Below are positions 23,110 through 38,504 of a DNA stretch of 51,649 bases, in pieces. A program made the translations under genes and the position numbers. The stretch covers positions 1 through 51,649 of the forward strand of contig NIVC01002581.1 in the NCBI GenBank assembly GCA_002269645.1. The letters run 5' to 3'. Source of the stretch: Macrostomum lignano (lineage: Eukaryota). The notes below the pieces were generated by a model. That model did no database searches, was not told the origin of the DNA, and saw nothing but the letters and a program-made list of their open reading frames with translations. Every line of letters starts with the position of its first letter. Position 1 is the first letter of the stretch.

Positions 23110-23452
23110 TCCTACTCAGCACTGCCGGCTCGCAACTAAGTCAGTGCCATCAAGACTTCTGCTCAGCCCTGCCAGCTCGTAATCAGCGCCATCAAGACTT
23201 CTGCTCAGCCCTGCCAGCTCGCAACCAAGCGTCAGCAAGATTCTGCTCAGCTCTGCCGGCTCGTGACTGAGTGCCGGCCTGCCACGTTTCTGCCTGACGG
23301 TCCGCAAGGCTGCGAGAGCCTGTGCCACGCCTGAGGTTCGGTCCGCAAGGCTACGAGAGCCTGTGCCACGCCTGAGGTTCGGTCCGCAAGGCTGCGAGAG
23401 CCTGTGCCACGCCTGAGGTTCGGTCCGCAAGGCTACGAGAGCCTGTGCCACG
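23110..23452. repeat. Two short arrays in the Gypsy leader: ~42-bp x3.5 (23110-23260) and 41-bp x~4 (23298-23452)
   Basis: Periods measured from recurring CATCAAGACTTC and CGGTCCGCAAGG. Confidence 0.85.
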
Positions 23453-23842
23453 TCAGGCCCAGGGGTCCTGACTGCTCGGCCGGTCTTCGCTCGTCGCCGC
23501 GAGTCGTCGCTGGTCGTCGCCCTGAGCAACGCGCGCTGTCAACTGCGTTGAGCTCGAGCTTACGCTCTGCCAAGATAGCTCCGCTGCGTGTGCCAAGCCA
23601 CGCCAGGTTACGCTGTGCGCTGATTGTTTGTAGGGACTATTGCCTGACAGTTAGTCTGGGTGGTTTGCGTGATAGGACTCTCCCCTATTATAGGCTTTTT
23701 GCGGTTTGCCCCTGTCAGGCACGTATTTTGTTAGTAGGACGCAATCTCTCTCGTCTCTCTCGCGTCATCAACCTCAATTCGTTTTCTCTGGAGCCTTATT
23801 TTCGTTCACGCTTGATTCATTTGTCTCACTCAACCTTACACA

Positions 23843-24508
23843 ATGTCCGACAACGGGGACAACCATGCCGCAGCGTCATTGGCTGACGGAGATGCCGCCG
23901 TGCCAGATCAGGACGCAGTCGATGCCGGCGAGCAGCCAGCAGGCGCAGCTGCTGCCGCCGCGCCAGCTCCTAGTGAGCAACTCTTGTTGACTCAAACCTT
24001 AGCCTCTCTTCACCGGATGCTCGAGGAGCGTCTCGCTGTTTCCTCGCCATTAGCGCCAAATTCCTCGCCGCCTGCGAAGCCAGACATACGCCTTCGCCCT
24101 CCAATCGCTTATCAGCCGAAGATGAACTTTGATACGTGGGAAGCTCAGCTTACTTCGTATCTAGCCACTTGCCGCGTTCCTGAGGACCAGAAGTCCGCCA
24201 TTCTCGTATCTTTGCTGTCAGCCGAATGCCAAGAGGTATATCTTAATTACCGGTGTGACCAGTTGCCTTTCGAATCTGCGCTTCGGCTGCTCAGGGAAAG
24301 GTACACCGATGCCAAGAAGAAGGACAAGGCCTACGTAGAATTAGTTGCTGCCGCCCAATCTCATAATGAGCAGATGTCTGATTTCTTCGACAGACTGGTC
24401 TCCTATTCTAGACTAGCGGGTCTCTCGCTCGCTGAAGCGAAGCCCCTACTCAAGGCCAGATTCTGCCATGGGCTGAGGGATAAGGACCTCGCCGAAAAGC
24501 TCCTCTTA
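23843..24508 (+). pseudogene. gag: Gypsy gag, 5' part, interrupted by the LINE
   Basis: ATG at 23843; reads MSDNG...AEKLLL and then runs into the LINE tail and stops at 24523. Confidence 0.9.
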
Positions 24509-24593
24509 CTTACTTACTACTGACGGGGGGCGCAGGCGCCGCGAATAGGCCGCGAGGCCCCTATCGCAACCCCAAGGTAAAAGAGCACAAGGA

Positions 24594-29679
<5,086 letters not shown>

Positions 29680-29882
29680 TTAGCCAGCAGCCAACTACTT
29701 AGCAGCCACCTGCCCCGCAAAAAAGCAGCAGGGGGGATCCGTCCCCCACCAGCAGACCAAGACGAGGAAGCTAGCCGCTTCCACGCCAGGCCAGAACGAA
29801 AAGGAGGGGGAAGAGCCTCCTCGAAAAACGAAAAGCTGGCGGATGTCACAGAGTCCCTCGGTTTAAGTTGCCGTTTGCCCCC

Positions 29883-29883
<1 letters not shown>

Positions 29884-29935
<52 letters not shown>
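29884..29935 (+). repeat. 52-nt poly(A) at the 5' junction of the antisense LINE
   Basis: CCCCCC-A52-GGT, followed by the duplicated gag. Confidence 0.97.
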
Positions 29936-29937
<2 letters not shown>

Positions 29938-29938
29938 T

Positions 29939-30916
29939 TTGACTCAAACCTTAGCCTCTCTTCACCGGATGCTCGAGGAGCGTCTCGCTGTTTCCTCGCC
30001 ATTAGCGCCAAATTCCTCGCCGCCTGCGAAGCCAGACATACGCCTTCGCCCTCCAATCGCTTATCAGCCGAAGATGAACTTTGATACGTGGGAAGCTCAG
30101 CTTACTTCGTATCTAGCCACTTGCCGCGTTCCTGAGGACCAGAAGTCCGCCATTCTCGTATCTTTGCTGTCAGCCGAATGCCAAGAGGTATATCTTAATT
30201 ACCGGTGTGACCAGTTGCCTTTCGAATCTGCGCTTCGGCTGCTCAGGGAAAGGTACACCGATGCCAAGAAGAAGGACAAGGCCTACGTAGAATTAGTTGC
30301 TGCCGCCCAATCTCATAATGAGCAGATGTCTGATTTCTTCGACAGACTGGTCTCCTATTCTAGACTAGCGGGTCTCTCGCTCGCTGAAGCGAAGCCCCTA
30401 CTCAAGGCCAGATTCTGCCATGGGCTGAGGGATAAGGACCTCGCCGAAAAGCTCCTCTTATGGGATCAGGAAACCGACAGTGCCACCTCTGCAGAAGAGC
30501 TGATGCAGAAGGCCAAAGATCTTGTCGGGGTCCGCCAGCTTCTGAACGTGCCTTCTACTATAGCCAAGGTTCGTGCCATAGAACCTGACGCTGAGAAGAA
30601 AGCGTTAGAACAGAGGGTCGCTGAGCTTGAGAAGATGGTGACCGACCAAGCCAATAGATTAAGCCAGACCACTCCGCCTGTCACTACCAATCAGGGGCCC
30701 GCTCGCACAGAGCCCACTGGGGGCCCACCACAAGTTAGCCAAACCTATAGACAACCTAGGCCAGCTCCTCGCCCTCCGCGGGCTTGCCATCGATGCGGCC
30801 AGACCGATCACCTGATCGCTGACTGTCCATCGCCCTCGCCGAGGCCACAGTCGCCAAAGCAGCCCCGGGGAGCCAAAATCAGCAGCCCAGCCGTGGAAAA
30901 GTCACGACTGAACTAG
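29939..30916 (+). CDS. gag: Gypsy gag, duplicated segment plus 3' part with CCHC nucleocapsid knuckle
   Basis: 29939-30460 duplicates 23987-24508. The frame continues to CHRCGQTDHLIADC and stops at TAG 30914-16. The reconstructed uninterrupted Gag is 373 aa. Confidence 0.93.
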   Translation: MTQTLASLHRMLEERLAVSSPLAPNSSPPAKPDIRLRPPIAYQPKMNFDTWEAQLTSYLATCRVPEDQKSAILVSLLSAECQEVYLNYRCDQLPFESALRLLRERYTDAKKKDKAYVELVAAAQSHNEQMSDFFDRLVSYSRLAGLSLAEAKPLLKARFCHGLRDKDLAEKLLLWDQETDSATSAEELMQKAKDLVGVRQLLNVPSTIAKVRAIEPDAEKKALEQRVAELEKMVTDQANRLSQTTPPVTTNQGPARTEPTGGPPQVSQTYRQPRPAPRPPRACHRCGQTDHLIADCPSPSPRPQSPKQPRGAKISSPAVEKSRLN

Positions 30917-33570
30917 GAACCATTGCCACATGGTCTCAGAATTACGGGTTCATCCAATCTGAGCACCTGCCAGAGAAATTGTTCGTTCACATTAGCCAAC
31001 TGTCTCCCAGCCTGCGTAGCCTAGTCGAGCAGCACCGCCTTAGGGGGACTAGGGTGAAATTCCAGCGCCAGGTCGACCCCGGGCGCCAGCACGACAAGGC
31101 CTGTAATGTGCAACCTCAGCCAGGGGACAGTGATCCACAATGCCGACAAGGGGGGTACACAGCTGACACCTTTGAGTCTAGCTATTTCGTGCAGCTAGGA
31201 GTAGGAGACTCTAAAGTTCTGGCCTGTCTAGACTCAGGCGCCAATGCCAGCATCATGGGTGCTGACGTGAAAGCCAAACTGGTCGCAGCTGACCCCGTCA
31301 ATAACATATTCACGCCTAGTGCCAATAAGCAGCGTGCCACCGCCTTCGGCGGCTCTCAGGTAGACATCCTAGGGTCGCTACGCTGCGAAATCAACTTAGG
31401 TAATACGACTAAACAACATGTATTCCTAGTCACTGCTTACTGTACCACGGAAGCCCTGTTAGGCATGGATTTCCTGCGCAGCTTCGAGATGCTGCTAGAC
31501 TTCAACTCTGGCCGAGCTTTAGTAGCAGGGGTGTCGGTACCAGTCATTGAGGGGGACAAGGGGATTTTCCAACTCCGACGAGTGATGGCCGCCGGCACCG
31601 TAGAATTGCCCCCGCACTCGGAAACCTTGATCCCCAGTCGTGTCCTCGACTCTTCGCCGTACACCTCCGGTATAGTCATGTCCCGGATCCTCGGACCAGA
31701 GACCGAACAGTTGGTAGCCAAGACTCTAGACTCAGTTAGCGATACTAACCACATACTAGTGCGCGTGCTCAACAGTGGGGAACAGCCTATTCAGATAACT
31801 AGGGGGCAAGAAATTGCCTCATTCCAGGAATTAGATAGTCATGAGGTCATAGCTCAGACGACCCTGAAGGAGTCTGACTTTAGCCTGGACAATGTAGCTA
31901 ACCTCACCAGCCAACTCAGTAAGCTGCCGCCGCCTAGTAGGGAGTTAGCCAAGTGGCTGACAACGCAGTTCCAACTAGACCAAGCCAAATTGTCTAGGGG
32001 CCAACTCGCCACCGTTTTGAAACTGCTCAACTACTTCAATAGCCAAATTTCTAGATCAAACGCAGATTTAGGCCACACCAATTTACACGAGATGGGCATA
32101 GAGTTAATAGATCCTAAGGCCAAGCCTGTTGCGCAACCATACAGGCGCACCACGCCAGCACAAAAAGAATTCTTAGACCAGAACATAGCGCAGATGCTCG
32201 AACAGGGGGTCATTGAGGAGTGTGACTCTGACTGGGTGTCGCCTATCGTTCTGGTCAAGAAGAAGGACGGCACTCAACGCCTTTGCATAGACTATAGGGC
32301 CGTCAATAAGCTCATCAAGCCGTGTAGCTTCCCTCTGCCACTCATAGAAGAATCTTTTGACAGCCTTGCCGGGGCCACTGTATTCTCTAGCCTTGACCTG
32401 ACCTCCGCGTACTGGCAGGTAGGGATCAAAGAGGAGGCTAGAGATTACACCGCCTTTGCCTGCCCCCAAGGCACCTTCCGCTGGAAGGTAGTACCATTCG
32501 GGATCAAGACGGCACCTGCCAATTTCGCGAAACTGATGCACAAGGTGTTTAGACCTCTCCTGATGAAGGTCAGCCTCATCTATTTAGACGACATTATCAT
32601 TAAGGCTGTCAACAACGACCAAATGATCGCGCATCTCGCGCTGGTCCTCTGGCAGCTTAGAAAAGCCGGTCTCAAAATTAAGCCGTCTAAGTGTGAGCTG
32701 TTTAAGGACAAGGTCGCATTCCTGGGGTTCGTTGTGTCTAGCCGGGGCATTGAGGCTGACCCAGCGAAGACTCAGGCTGTCCAAGACTGGCCTAAACCGC
32801 TTTCTAAGAAACAGCTTCTATCATTCTTGGGATTTGCGAATTATTACCGGAAATTCGTGCCGCGATTCTCAATCATCGCCACGCCTTTGTATGCCTTAGC
32901 CAAAAAGGATGCTCCGTTTCTATGGCAACCGCATCATGAACGGGCTTTCCAAGAACTCAAACATAGCCTCTGTTCACCACCGATTCTGGCGTATCCAGAC
33001 CTCTCTGCCAAAGGGCGCGAATTTATTTTGGACTGCGATAGCTCGCTTGACGGCACTGGGGGTGTGCTGTACCAGCTCGGGCCAGATGGCCAAGAGCAAG
33101 TTATAGCTTACGCATCCAAAAAATTCAACAGTAGCCAGAGAAACTACTGCGCCACCATGAGGGAGTTGCTAGGGCTCGTTCTGATGCTCGAGCATTTCCG
33201 TCCTTATCTATTAGACAAGCCTTTCACTGTCCGGGTGGACGCGGCCGCGCTCAAATGGCTGCATTCTAAGAAGCATGCCACTGGTATGCTGGCCCAATGG
33301 CTTGCCACCATTGAACTGTACCCGCTGAAGGTCCAGCAGTCCACTCTAGAACGAATAGCCGAATACGATTTCACAGTCCAGTACCGTCCAGGCGTTGACC
33401 ACGTGCCTGCTGACGCTCTTAGTAGACTGCCAAAATTCAGAGCCGATCACTTTGACTGCCCGACGTGCAGCCAGATTCCGGAATTTAAAGGGAAATTCCT
33501 GGACCAAGACCCAAAGCACCGGCGTACGCCCCCTCTAGAGAACTGCGTCAGGTGTGCGTCCAGACCATAG
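30823..33570 (+). CDS. pol: Gypsy pol: protease, reverse transcriptase and RNase H (-1 frame relative to gag)
   Basis: LDSGA, LCIDYRAVN, YLDDII, LDCDSS...ELLGLV, ADALSR. The frame is open from 30823 with no ATG-based start evident near gag. Confidence 0.95.
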   Translation: MSIALAEATVAKAAPGSQNQQPSRGKVTTELGTIATWSQNYGFIQSEHLPEKLFVHISQLSPSLRSLVEQHRLRGTRVKFQRQVDPGRQHDKACNVQPQPGDSDPQCRQGGYTADTFESSYFVQLGVGDSKVLACLDSGANASIMGADVKAKLVAADPVNNIFTPSANKQRATAFGGSQVDILGSLRCEINLGNTTKQHVFLVTAYCTTEALLGMDFLRSFEMLLDFNSGRALVAGVSVPVIEGDKGIFQLRRVMAAGTVELPPHSETLIPSRVLDSSPYTSGIVMSRILGPETEQLVAKTLDSVSDTNHILVRVLNSGEQPIQITRGQEIASFQELDSHEVIAQTTLKESDFSLDNVANLTSQLSKLPPPSRELAKWLTTQFQLDQAKLSRGQLATVLKLLNYFNSQISRSNADLGHTNLHEMGIELIDPKAKPVAQPYRRTTPAQKEFLDQNIAQMLEQGVIEECDSDWVSPIVLVKKKDGTQRLCIDYRAVNKLIKPCSFPLPLIEESFDSLAGATVFSSLDLTSAYWQVGIKEEARDYTAFACPQGTFRWKVVPFGIKTAPANFAKLMHKVFRPLLMKVSLIYLDDIIIKAVNNDQMIAHLALVLWQLRKAGLKIKPSKCELFKDKVAFLGFVVSSRGIEADPAKTQAVQDWPKPLSKKQLLSFLGFANYYRKFVPRFSIIATPLYALAKKDAPFLWQPHHERAFQELKHSLCSPPILAYPDLSAKGREFILDCDSSLDGTGGVLYQLGPDGQEQVIAYASKKFNSSQRNYCATMRELLGLVLMLEHFRPYLLDKPFTVRVDAAALKWLHSKKHATGMLAQWLATIELYPLKVQQSTLERIAEYDFTVQYRPGVDHVPADALSRLPKFRADHFDCPTCSQIPEFKGKFLDQDPKHRRTPPLENCVRCASRP

Positions 33571-35558
33571 GCATTAGCGTAGCGTGTCAGACTGACACAG
33601 ATGCCCCGGCTGAACCAACGCCGAATGTCCGCGCTACTGCTAGCGGTGCTGTTCCTAGCCCAGAGACTGAATCCCGTCAACCTGAAACCGAATCCCAAGT
33701 GCCACCTGAGCTCATCTGGGCCCAGAATGCCCAGGACTCCTGTGTTGACATGGCGCGCCTAATCGCCAGTGTCCAGTGTAAGACTGAGCCATTGTCCAAG
33801 GCCGAACTGCAGGGTTGTAGCCGGGAAATGCGCTCACTCTGGGCTCAATTCAATGACCTTGAAGTAGTCGAGGGTCTATTGTACTTAGCCAAATCCTCCA
33901 AAGCCAAGACTGCCAACAGGCGCCTGGTGGTGCCTGAGACCGCAGACGTCGGTCATCTGGTCCTTCAGTATCATGGCCAGTTGAACCATTGCGGTATCAC
34001 CAAGACGATGGCCGCCCTGAAGGCGCGCTTCGTTATTTCCGACTTAGATACTATAGTCAAGGGGGTCCTGGCCGAATGCACCGTTTGCGCTAAGACTAAG
34101 AAGTCAAAGCGTAAGCTCAAGGCCCCTATGCAACCAGAACTGTCCGGCTACCCGAACCAGGTTGTCCACGTGGACCACGCAGGCCCGTTCGAAGAGTGTG
34201 ACGGGTACAAGTACCTGCTGGTTATGATCGACAGGTTCACCGGGTTTGTTGAAGTAGTCCCTGTTCCCGACGTCAGCGCAGAGACCACTGCCACAACCAT
34301 CCTGACTGAATGGGTTGCCAGGTATGGGGTGATGGAGCAGCTGGTGTCTGATAACGGAACTGCCTTCATCAATAGTACCATGATAGAATTAACTAGGCTC
34401 CTACAGATTGACATGGGTCGGATCACAGCCCGTCGCCCTCAGGCTAACGGTAAAGCTGAGAGGATGATCCAGACGGTGAAAGCCCAGATTAGAGCCATCT
34501 GTCTTGAGAGACAATGCGACTGGCCCCTTGCCAGCCGCCTGGCCGCCCTGTCAATCCGTGCCACAGTCGCCGAATCCACCGGATTTACTCCAGCCAAACT
34601 TTTCTTCGGGCGTGAGTTCGAACTACCGCTCGACCTCTGTCACAATCCACCGCCAAATGAACACTACCAACCGGAGAGGTACGCCCACCAGTTGCACCGC
34701 ACGCTAGTCGAAACCTCTGCCCTAGCCCGCCGCACTAGGGGTAAAGCCCAGGAGAGGCAGAAAAGGTATTACGACCGCCGCGCCCTCCGCGCTGAGTTCC
34801 ACGAGGGAGAGTTAGTCTGGGTCTTGAACCCGAACCACAAGGGCATAGAACCCGCTGTGTGGTTGGGGCCATACCGAGTAGTGCAGCGCTGCTCCGAGCG
34901 GACTTACCGTTTAGTCCCCGAGTATGGTCTCCTAAACCCAGCAGATCGGGTGCCAAATCCGCGCCATAACATTTACAACATTGACCGCCTCAAACCGTGC
35001 ATCAGACAGCCCACTTACCAAGACGTAGTTGACCGGTATGGTGAGGCCACCCATGCCAGGTCTCCAGCGCCTAGTGTGAACCCGCCCAGCGGACCCGCGA
35101 GCGAGCTTAGCCTCGTCACCATTCCCCAGCCTTCCTCTGCCCGGCCAGAGAGCCCACGCAGAGCGCCAGGGCCAAATCCACCACCGCCAGCTTCAGGCGC
35201 CTTTGAGGAGGGGGCGGGAGCTGAAGCGGGAGAAGGCCAACCATTCGCCGAAGCTGGCGATGCTGTAGCTATTGAGGGACAGCCACAATCAGACACTGAC
35301 ACTGACAGCACAGACACTGACACCAGCCACAGCCAAGACAGCTCAGAGTCGCTGTACACGGCTTCCTTGGGGGACCCTTCCTCCGAGCAATTAGAACCAC
35401 CTGAGATTGCTGCGAATCCAGTCGCTGCGCAAGCAGCTGAGCCACCAGCCCCGGCTGACGTACCCAGATCCAGGTACGGACGCCCCATCCGCCCGCCTGT
35501 CAGGTACCGGACCTGTCAAGTGTCCGACCTGCTCCAGCAGTGGGGAAGCAGACACTAA
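33489..35558 (+). CDS. Gypsy integrase in its own reading frame (-1 relative to pol)
   Basis: HHCC zinc finger (HGQLNH...CTVC), DDE (VHVDH, VSDNG, KAERM), GPY/F motif, and an acidic/Pro-rich tail ending RSRYGRPIRPPVRY. The frame is open from 33489. Confidence 0.93.
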   Translation, partial: REIPGPRPKAPAYAPSRELRQVCVQTIGISVACQTDTDAPAEPTPNVRATASGAVPSPETESRQPETESQVPPELIWAQNAQDSCVDMARLIASVQCKTEPLSKAELQGCSREMRSLWAQFNDLEVVEGLLYLAKSSKAKTANRRLVVPETADVGHLVLQYHGQLNHCGITKTMAALKARFVISDLDTIVKGVLAECTVCAKTKKSKRKLKAPMQPELSGYPNQVVHVDHAGPFEECDGYKYLLVMIDRFTGFVEVVPVPDVSAETTATTILTEWVARYGVMEQLVSDNGTAFINSTMIELTRLLQIDMGRITARRPQANGKAERMIQTVKAQIRAICLERQCDWPLASRLAALSIRATVAESTGFTPAKLFFGREFELPLDLCHNPPPNEHYQPERYAHQLHRTLVETSALARRTRGKAQERQKRYYDRRALRAEFHEGELVWVLNPNHKGIEPAVWLGPYRVVQRCSERTYRLVPEYGLLNPADRVPNPRHNIYNIDRLKPCIRQPTYQDVVDRYGEATHARSPAPSVNPPSGPASELSLVTIPQPSSARPESPRRAPGPNPPPPASGAFEEGAGAEAGEGQPFAEAGDAVAIEGQPQSDTDTDSTDTDTSHSQDSSESLYTASLGDPSSEQLEPPEIAANPVAAQAAEPPAPADVPRSRYGRPIRPPVRYRTCQVSDLLQQWGSRH

Positions 35559-35568
35559 CCGCCAGTTT

Positions 35569-35812
35569 TTCACGCCCCGGGCAAGGCGTAAAACTACCTC
35601 CTGTGGCACCTGTCAGCCACAGGTCTCTGCGGCACCTGTAGACCGCAAGTTCACGCCCCGGGCAAGGCGTAAAACTACCTCCTGTGGCACCTGTCAGCCA
35701 CAGGTCTCTGCGGCACCTGTAGACCGCAAGCTCACGCCCCGGGCAAGGCGTTAAACTACCTCCTGTGGCACCTGTTGGTCACAGGTCCCTGCGGCATCTG
35801 CCAGCCGCAAGC
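35569..35812 (+). repeat. 81-bp x3 structured repeat after integrase
   Basis: CACGCC recurs at 35571, 35652 and 35733; each unit contains hairpins. Confidence 0.9.
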
Positions 35813-36284
35813 CACAAAACACAAGCCACAGCTGTTACTCACTGCCAGATACTAGTGTGCACAACTTCCACAGCTGTACCAGCCAACAGCCAACCACCGT
35901 AGTCAAGGGGATAAACTGCGGCGACATTGCAATTTGATAATTTATATAGCTAACTAAAATAAATAAAATAAAAATAAAACGCTAGCAGAATTAGCATAAT
36001 ATGCCGACAGTATAAATACTATATTGTTCTAACGCAAGAATATATATAATATCGCAGCACCCAACTCCGACTGCACCTGGTCGGCGTTGCCGTAGTCTAT
36101 AGAATACACTACGGCGCTAGAAACAATTAGTAGATAAGACATTAGCCTTAGCTCAAATATTCAAAAGTAAACTAAAAAATTAATGCATAAATATGGCATA
36201 AAATAATGCATATATTGGTCGAAAAATGATTACGAGATGAATACTATAAATATAATAGTTGTCAAAATATTCTGTAGACGTCCT

Positions 36285-36640
36285 CTGCCTTGGCGCGTAG
36301 CGCCGTCCTCTGCCTTTGGCGCGTAGCGCCATCCTCTGCCTGGCGCGTGGCGCCGTTCTCTGCCTTGGCGCGTGGCGCCGTTCCCTGCCGTGGCGCCCTG
36401 TCGCCGTTTCCTGCCTTGGCGCGTGGCGCCGTTTCCCGCCTTGGCGCGCTGCGCCGTTCTCCGCCTGGCGCGCTGCGCCGTCTCTGCCTTGGCGCGCTGC
36501 GCCGTTTCCTGCCTTGGCGCGCTGCGCCGTTCTTTGCCTTGGCGCGCTGCGCCGTGTCTCCGCCTTGGGCGCTCTTGCGCCGGTTTCTCCCTTCCGCCTT
36601 GGCGCGCCGCGCCGTGTCCCGCCGCCCTTGACGCTTGGCG
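36285..36640. repeat. Degenerate GC-rich repeat (CCTTGGCGCG(C/T)(T/G)GCGCCGT...) in the Gypsy 3' region
   Basis: About 15 imperfect ~22-25-nt units; the + strand is A-poor. Confidence 0.8.
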
Positions 36641-37092
36641 TCGTTTGCCCGCAGTTGTCCGGACTGTGCCTCTGTTCCGTGCCTCTGCTCTGCATCCTTT
36701 GCCTCATCCACCTTGTCATCCTTGTTCTGTGTTTGCCTCATCCATCGTATCACTTCTGCGCGTCCTTTGTCGTTTTTGTGTTCGCGCGCGCCGCGCGCTC
36801 CGTCGTGCACTACTTTCCGTAACCATTGCTGTATTTTGTAATGTTTTTGTAACACCACCATGTTGTATTGCTCGTGCTCACCGTGTTCTACTGCCCTGTA
36901 ATGTTCTACTCTCGTAATAGTCTGTAGCCTTTGGAACTTTGTAATTTTGTCCGGTAATCATATGCTCATACAAACTGACTCAACCCCACTGTAATTCACT
37001 CTGCTATAATTTCATAAACTGCGGTCACGTTGTGTTTTCCTTGCCGTCACCCCGCGTGTTGGTTTTCTTTTTGCGCGACCCTATCCTTTTTC

Positions 37093-37106
37093 GGAAGGGA
37101 GGCGGG
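37093..37106 (+). promoter_or_regulatory. Polypurine tract
   Basis: GGAAGGGAGGCGGG directly abuts the 3' LTR. Confidence 0.9.
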
Positions 37107-37935
37107 TGTGACGTTGTCAGTTTAAGGTGGTCCCGAAAAGGGCCGTTGGACTGCTGTTCTCCATAGTCATTCAACCCTTCAGTTTCACCGTTTCAACTAA
37201 ACTTTTCCATTCGTTTATTGCGACGTTTACTTGTAGTAGTGCCCAACGATTTTGTGGCAATTTCTAATTCACTGTATATTTTGCTATCCTCTCTCGCGAC
37301 CGTATAAAATTGGCACGATCGATAATTTTAAGTTCTCTCGCCAGCCAATGAAATCACTCGTGCTCGCGCTACCCCCCTCTGCGCTCTTTTATTAAACCCC
37401 CGCCTGGCGGCGGGCACCCCTCACCCCCTTTTTCGTCTCTCCCCGCTTGTCCCTTGTTTCCTTCCCTGCGGCCTCTTAGCTGTCTTATCTGTTTGTCTGG
37501 CTGCCTCGAGCCTCCTTATTTCTCACCACGGCCCTTCTGTCTGGGCCAGCCTGCTCACACACTTACTTGACTGTTTCACGCCACGACCGACGCCTACTCA
37601 CCACTACGTTTCACTGCCTTCACGGTGCTCATAGCCACTGCTCACGTCACGTCGCCATTGTGTCATTCGCCTGCCACTTGACTTCATATCCAATTTATAT
37701 TCAACCCATTGCTGCAGCCGCCAGTGCCCAGAAAGCTATAGTCTGTTTATTGCCAGTAACAACCAAACTTAATACTGATATTAACAATAAAGACAACTAC
37801 GGCAGTTCCTGCCTTTATCGCCAAGTGCTCCGCTACAAAATCCGCTTTACAAGAATTGACTTCAACTTATTTCGGGACTAAAACGGCCCTTTTAAGGGTC
37901 ACCGCATAGCTGGCCGCTACGCCAATAACGTGACA
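37107..37935 (+). repeat. 3' LTR (829 bp)
   Basis: Matches the 5' LTR. Confidence 0.97.
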
Positions 37936-38504
37936 CAACCCAAATTGAAAGCTATCGCTTGTCTGGAATTTTTCATCACACCACTAAAAATAGAATGCAG
38001 TCGATTAATATAATATGCATATTGAAGACATCGGAGTTGCAGTCACACTCATGTGGAGAAACTGGAGAATAGCAGTTTGAGTCTGTGTAGCACTTCACTC
38101 CAGATAGTGTGTCTATGTAGAACTCCACGCGACTCGGAAAGAATTTTAACTCACCGAATGGCATGATGAGAAAGAGGGAAAGAGAGAGAGAGAGAAGTGT
38201 ACATAGATTTTGGCTGTTCAGGTTATTTTCAAGGGTATATATGCATCTATTTGCGTTAGTGCAATGAAAAATAGATATGTACATTTCTCTTGTTCGCAAA
38301 AATACAGGTTTTGCACGCGAGAAGCCTGCAGTGTGAGTCACAGATTGCCCGGCTTTGGCTAATGCTAGAAAACTCACTCCAGAATATAGTGTACCCCATA
38401 AAACGCTTGCAAAAATTTGCTTCATTTCAGAAATTTTAAGCCAAAAAGTAAAGCTTGTTGACAAGCTTAAACTGGAAGTGAAACTTATAGCACGAACTTG
38501 AAGG

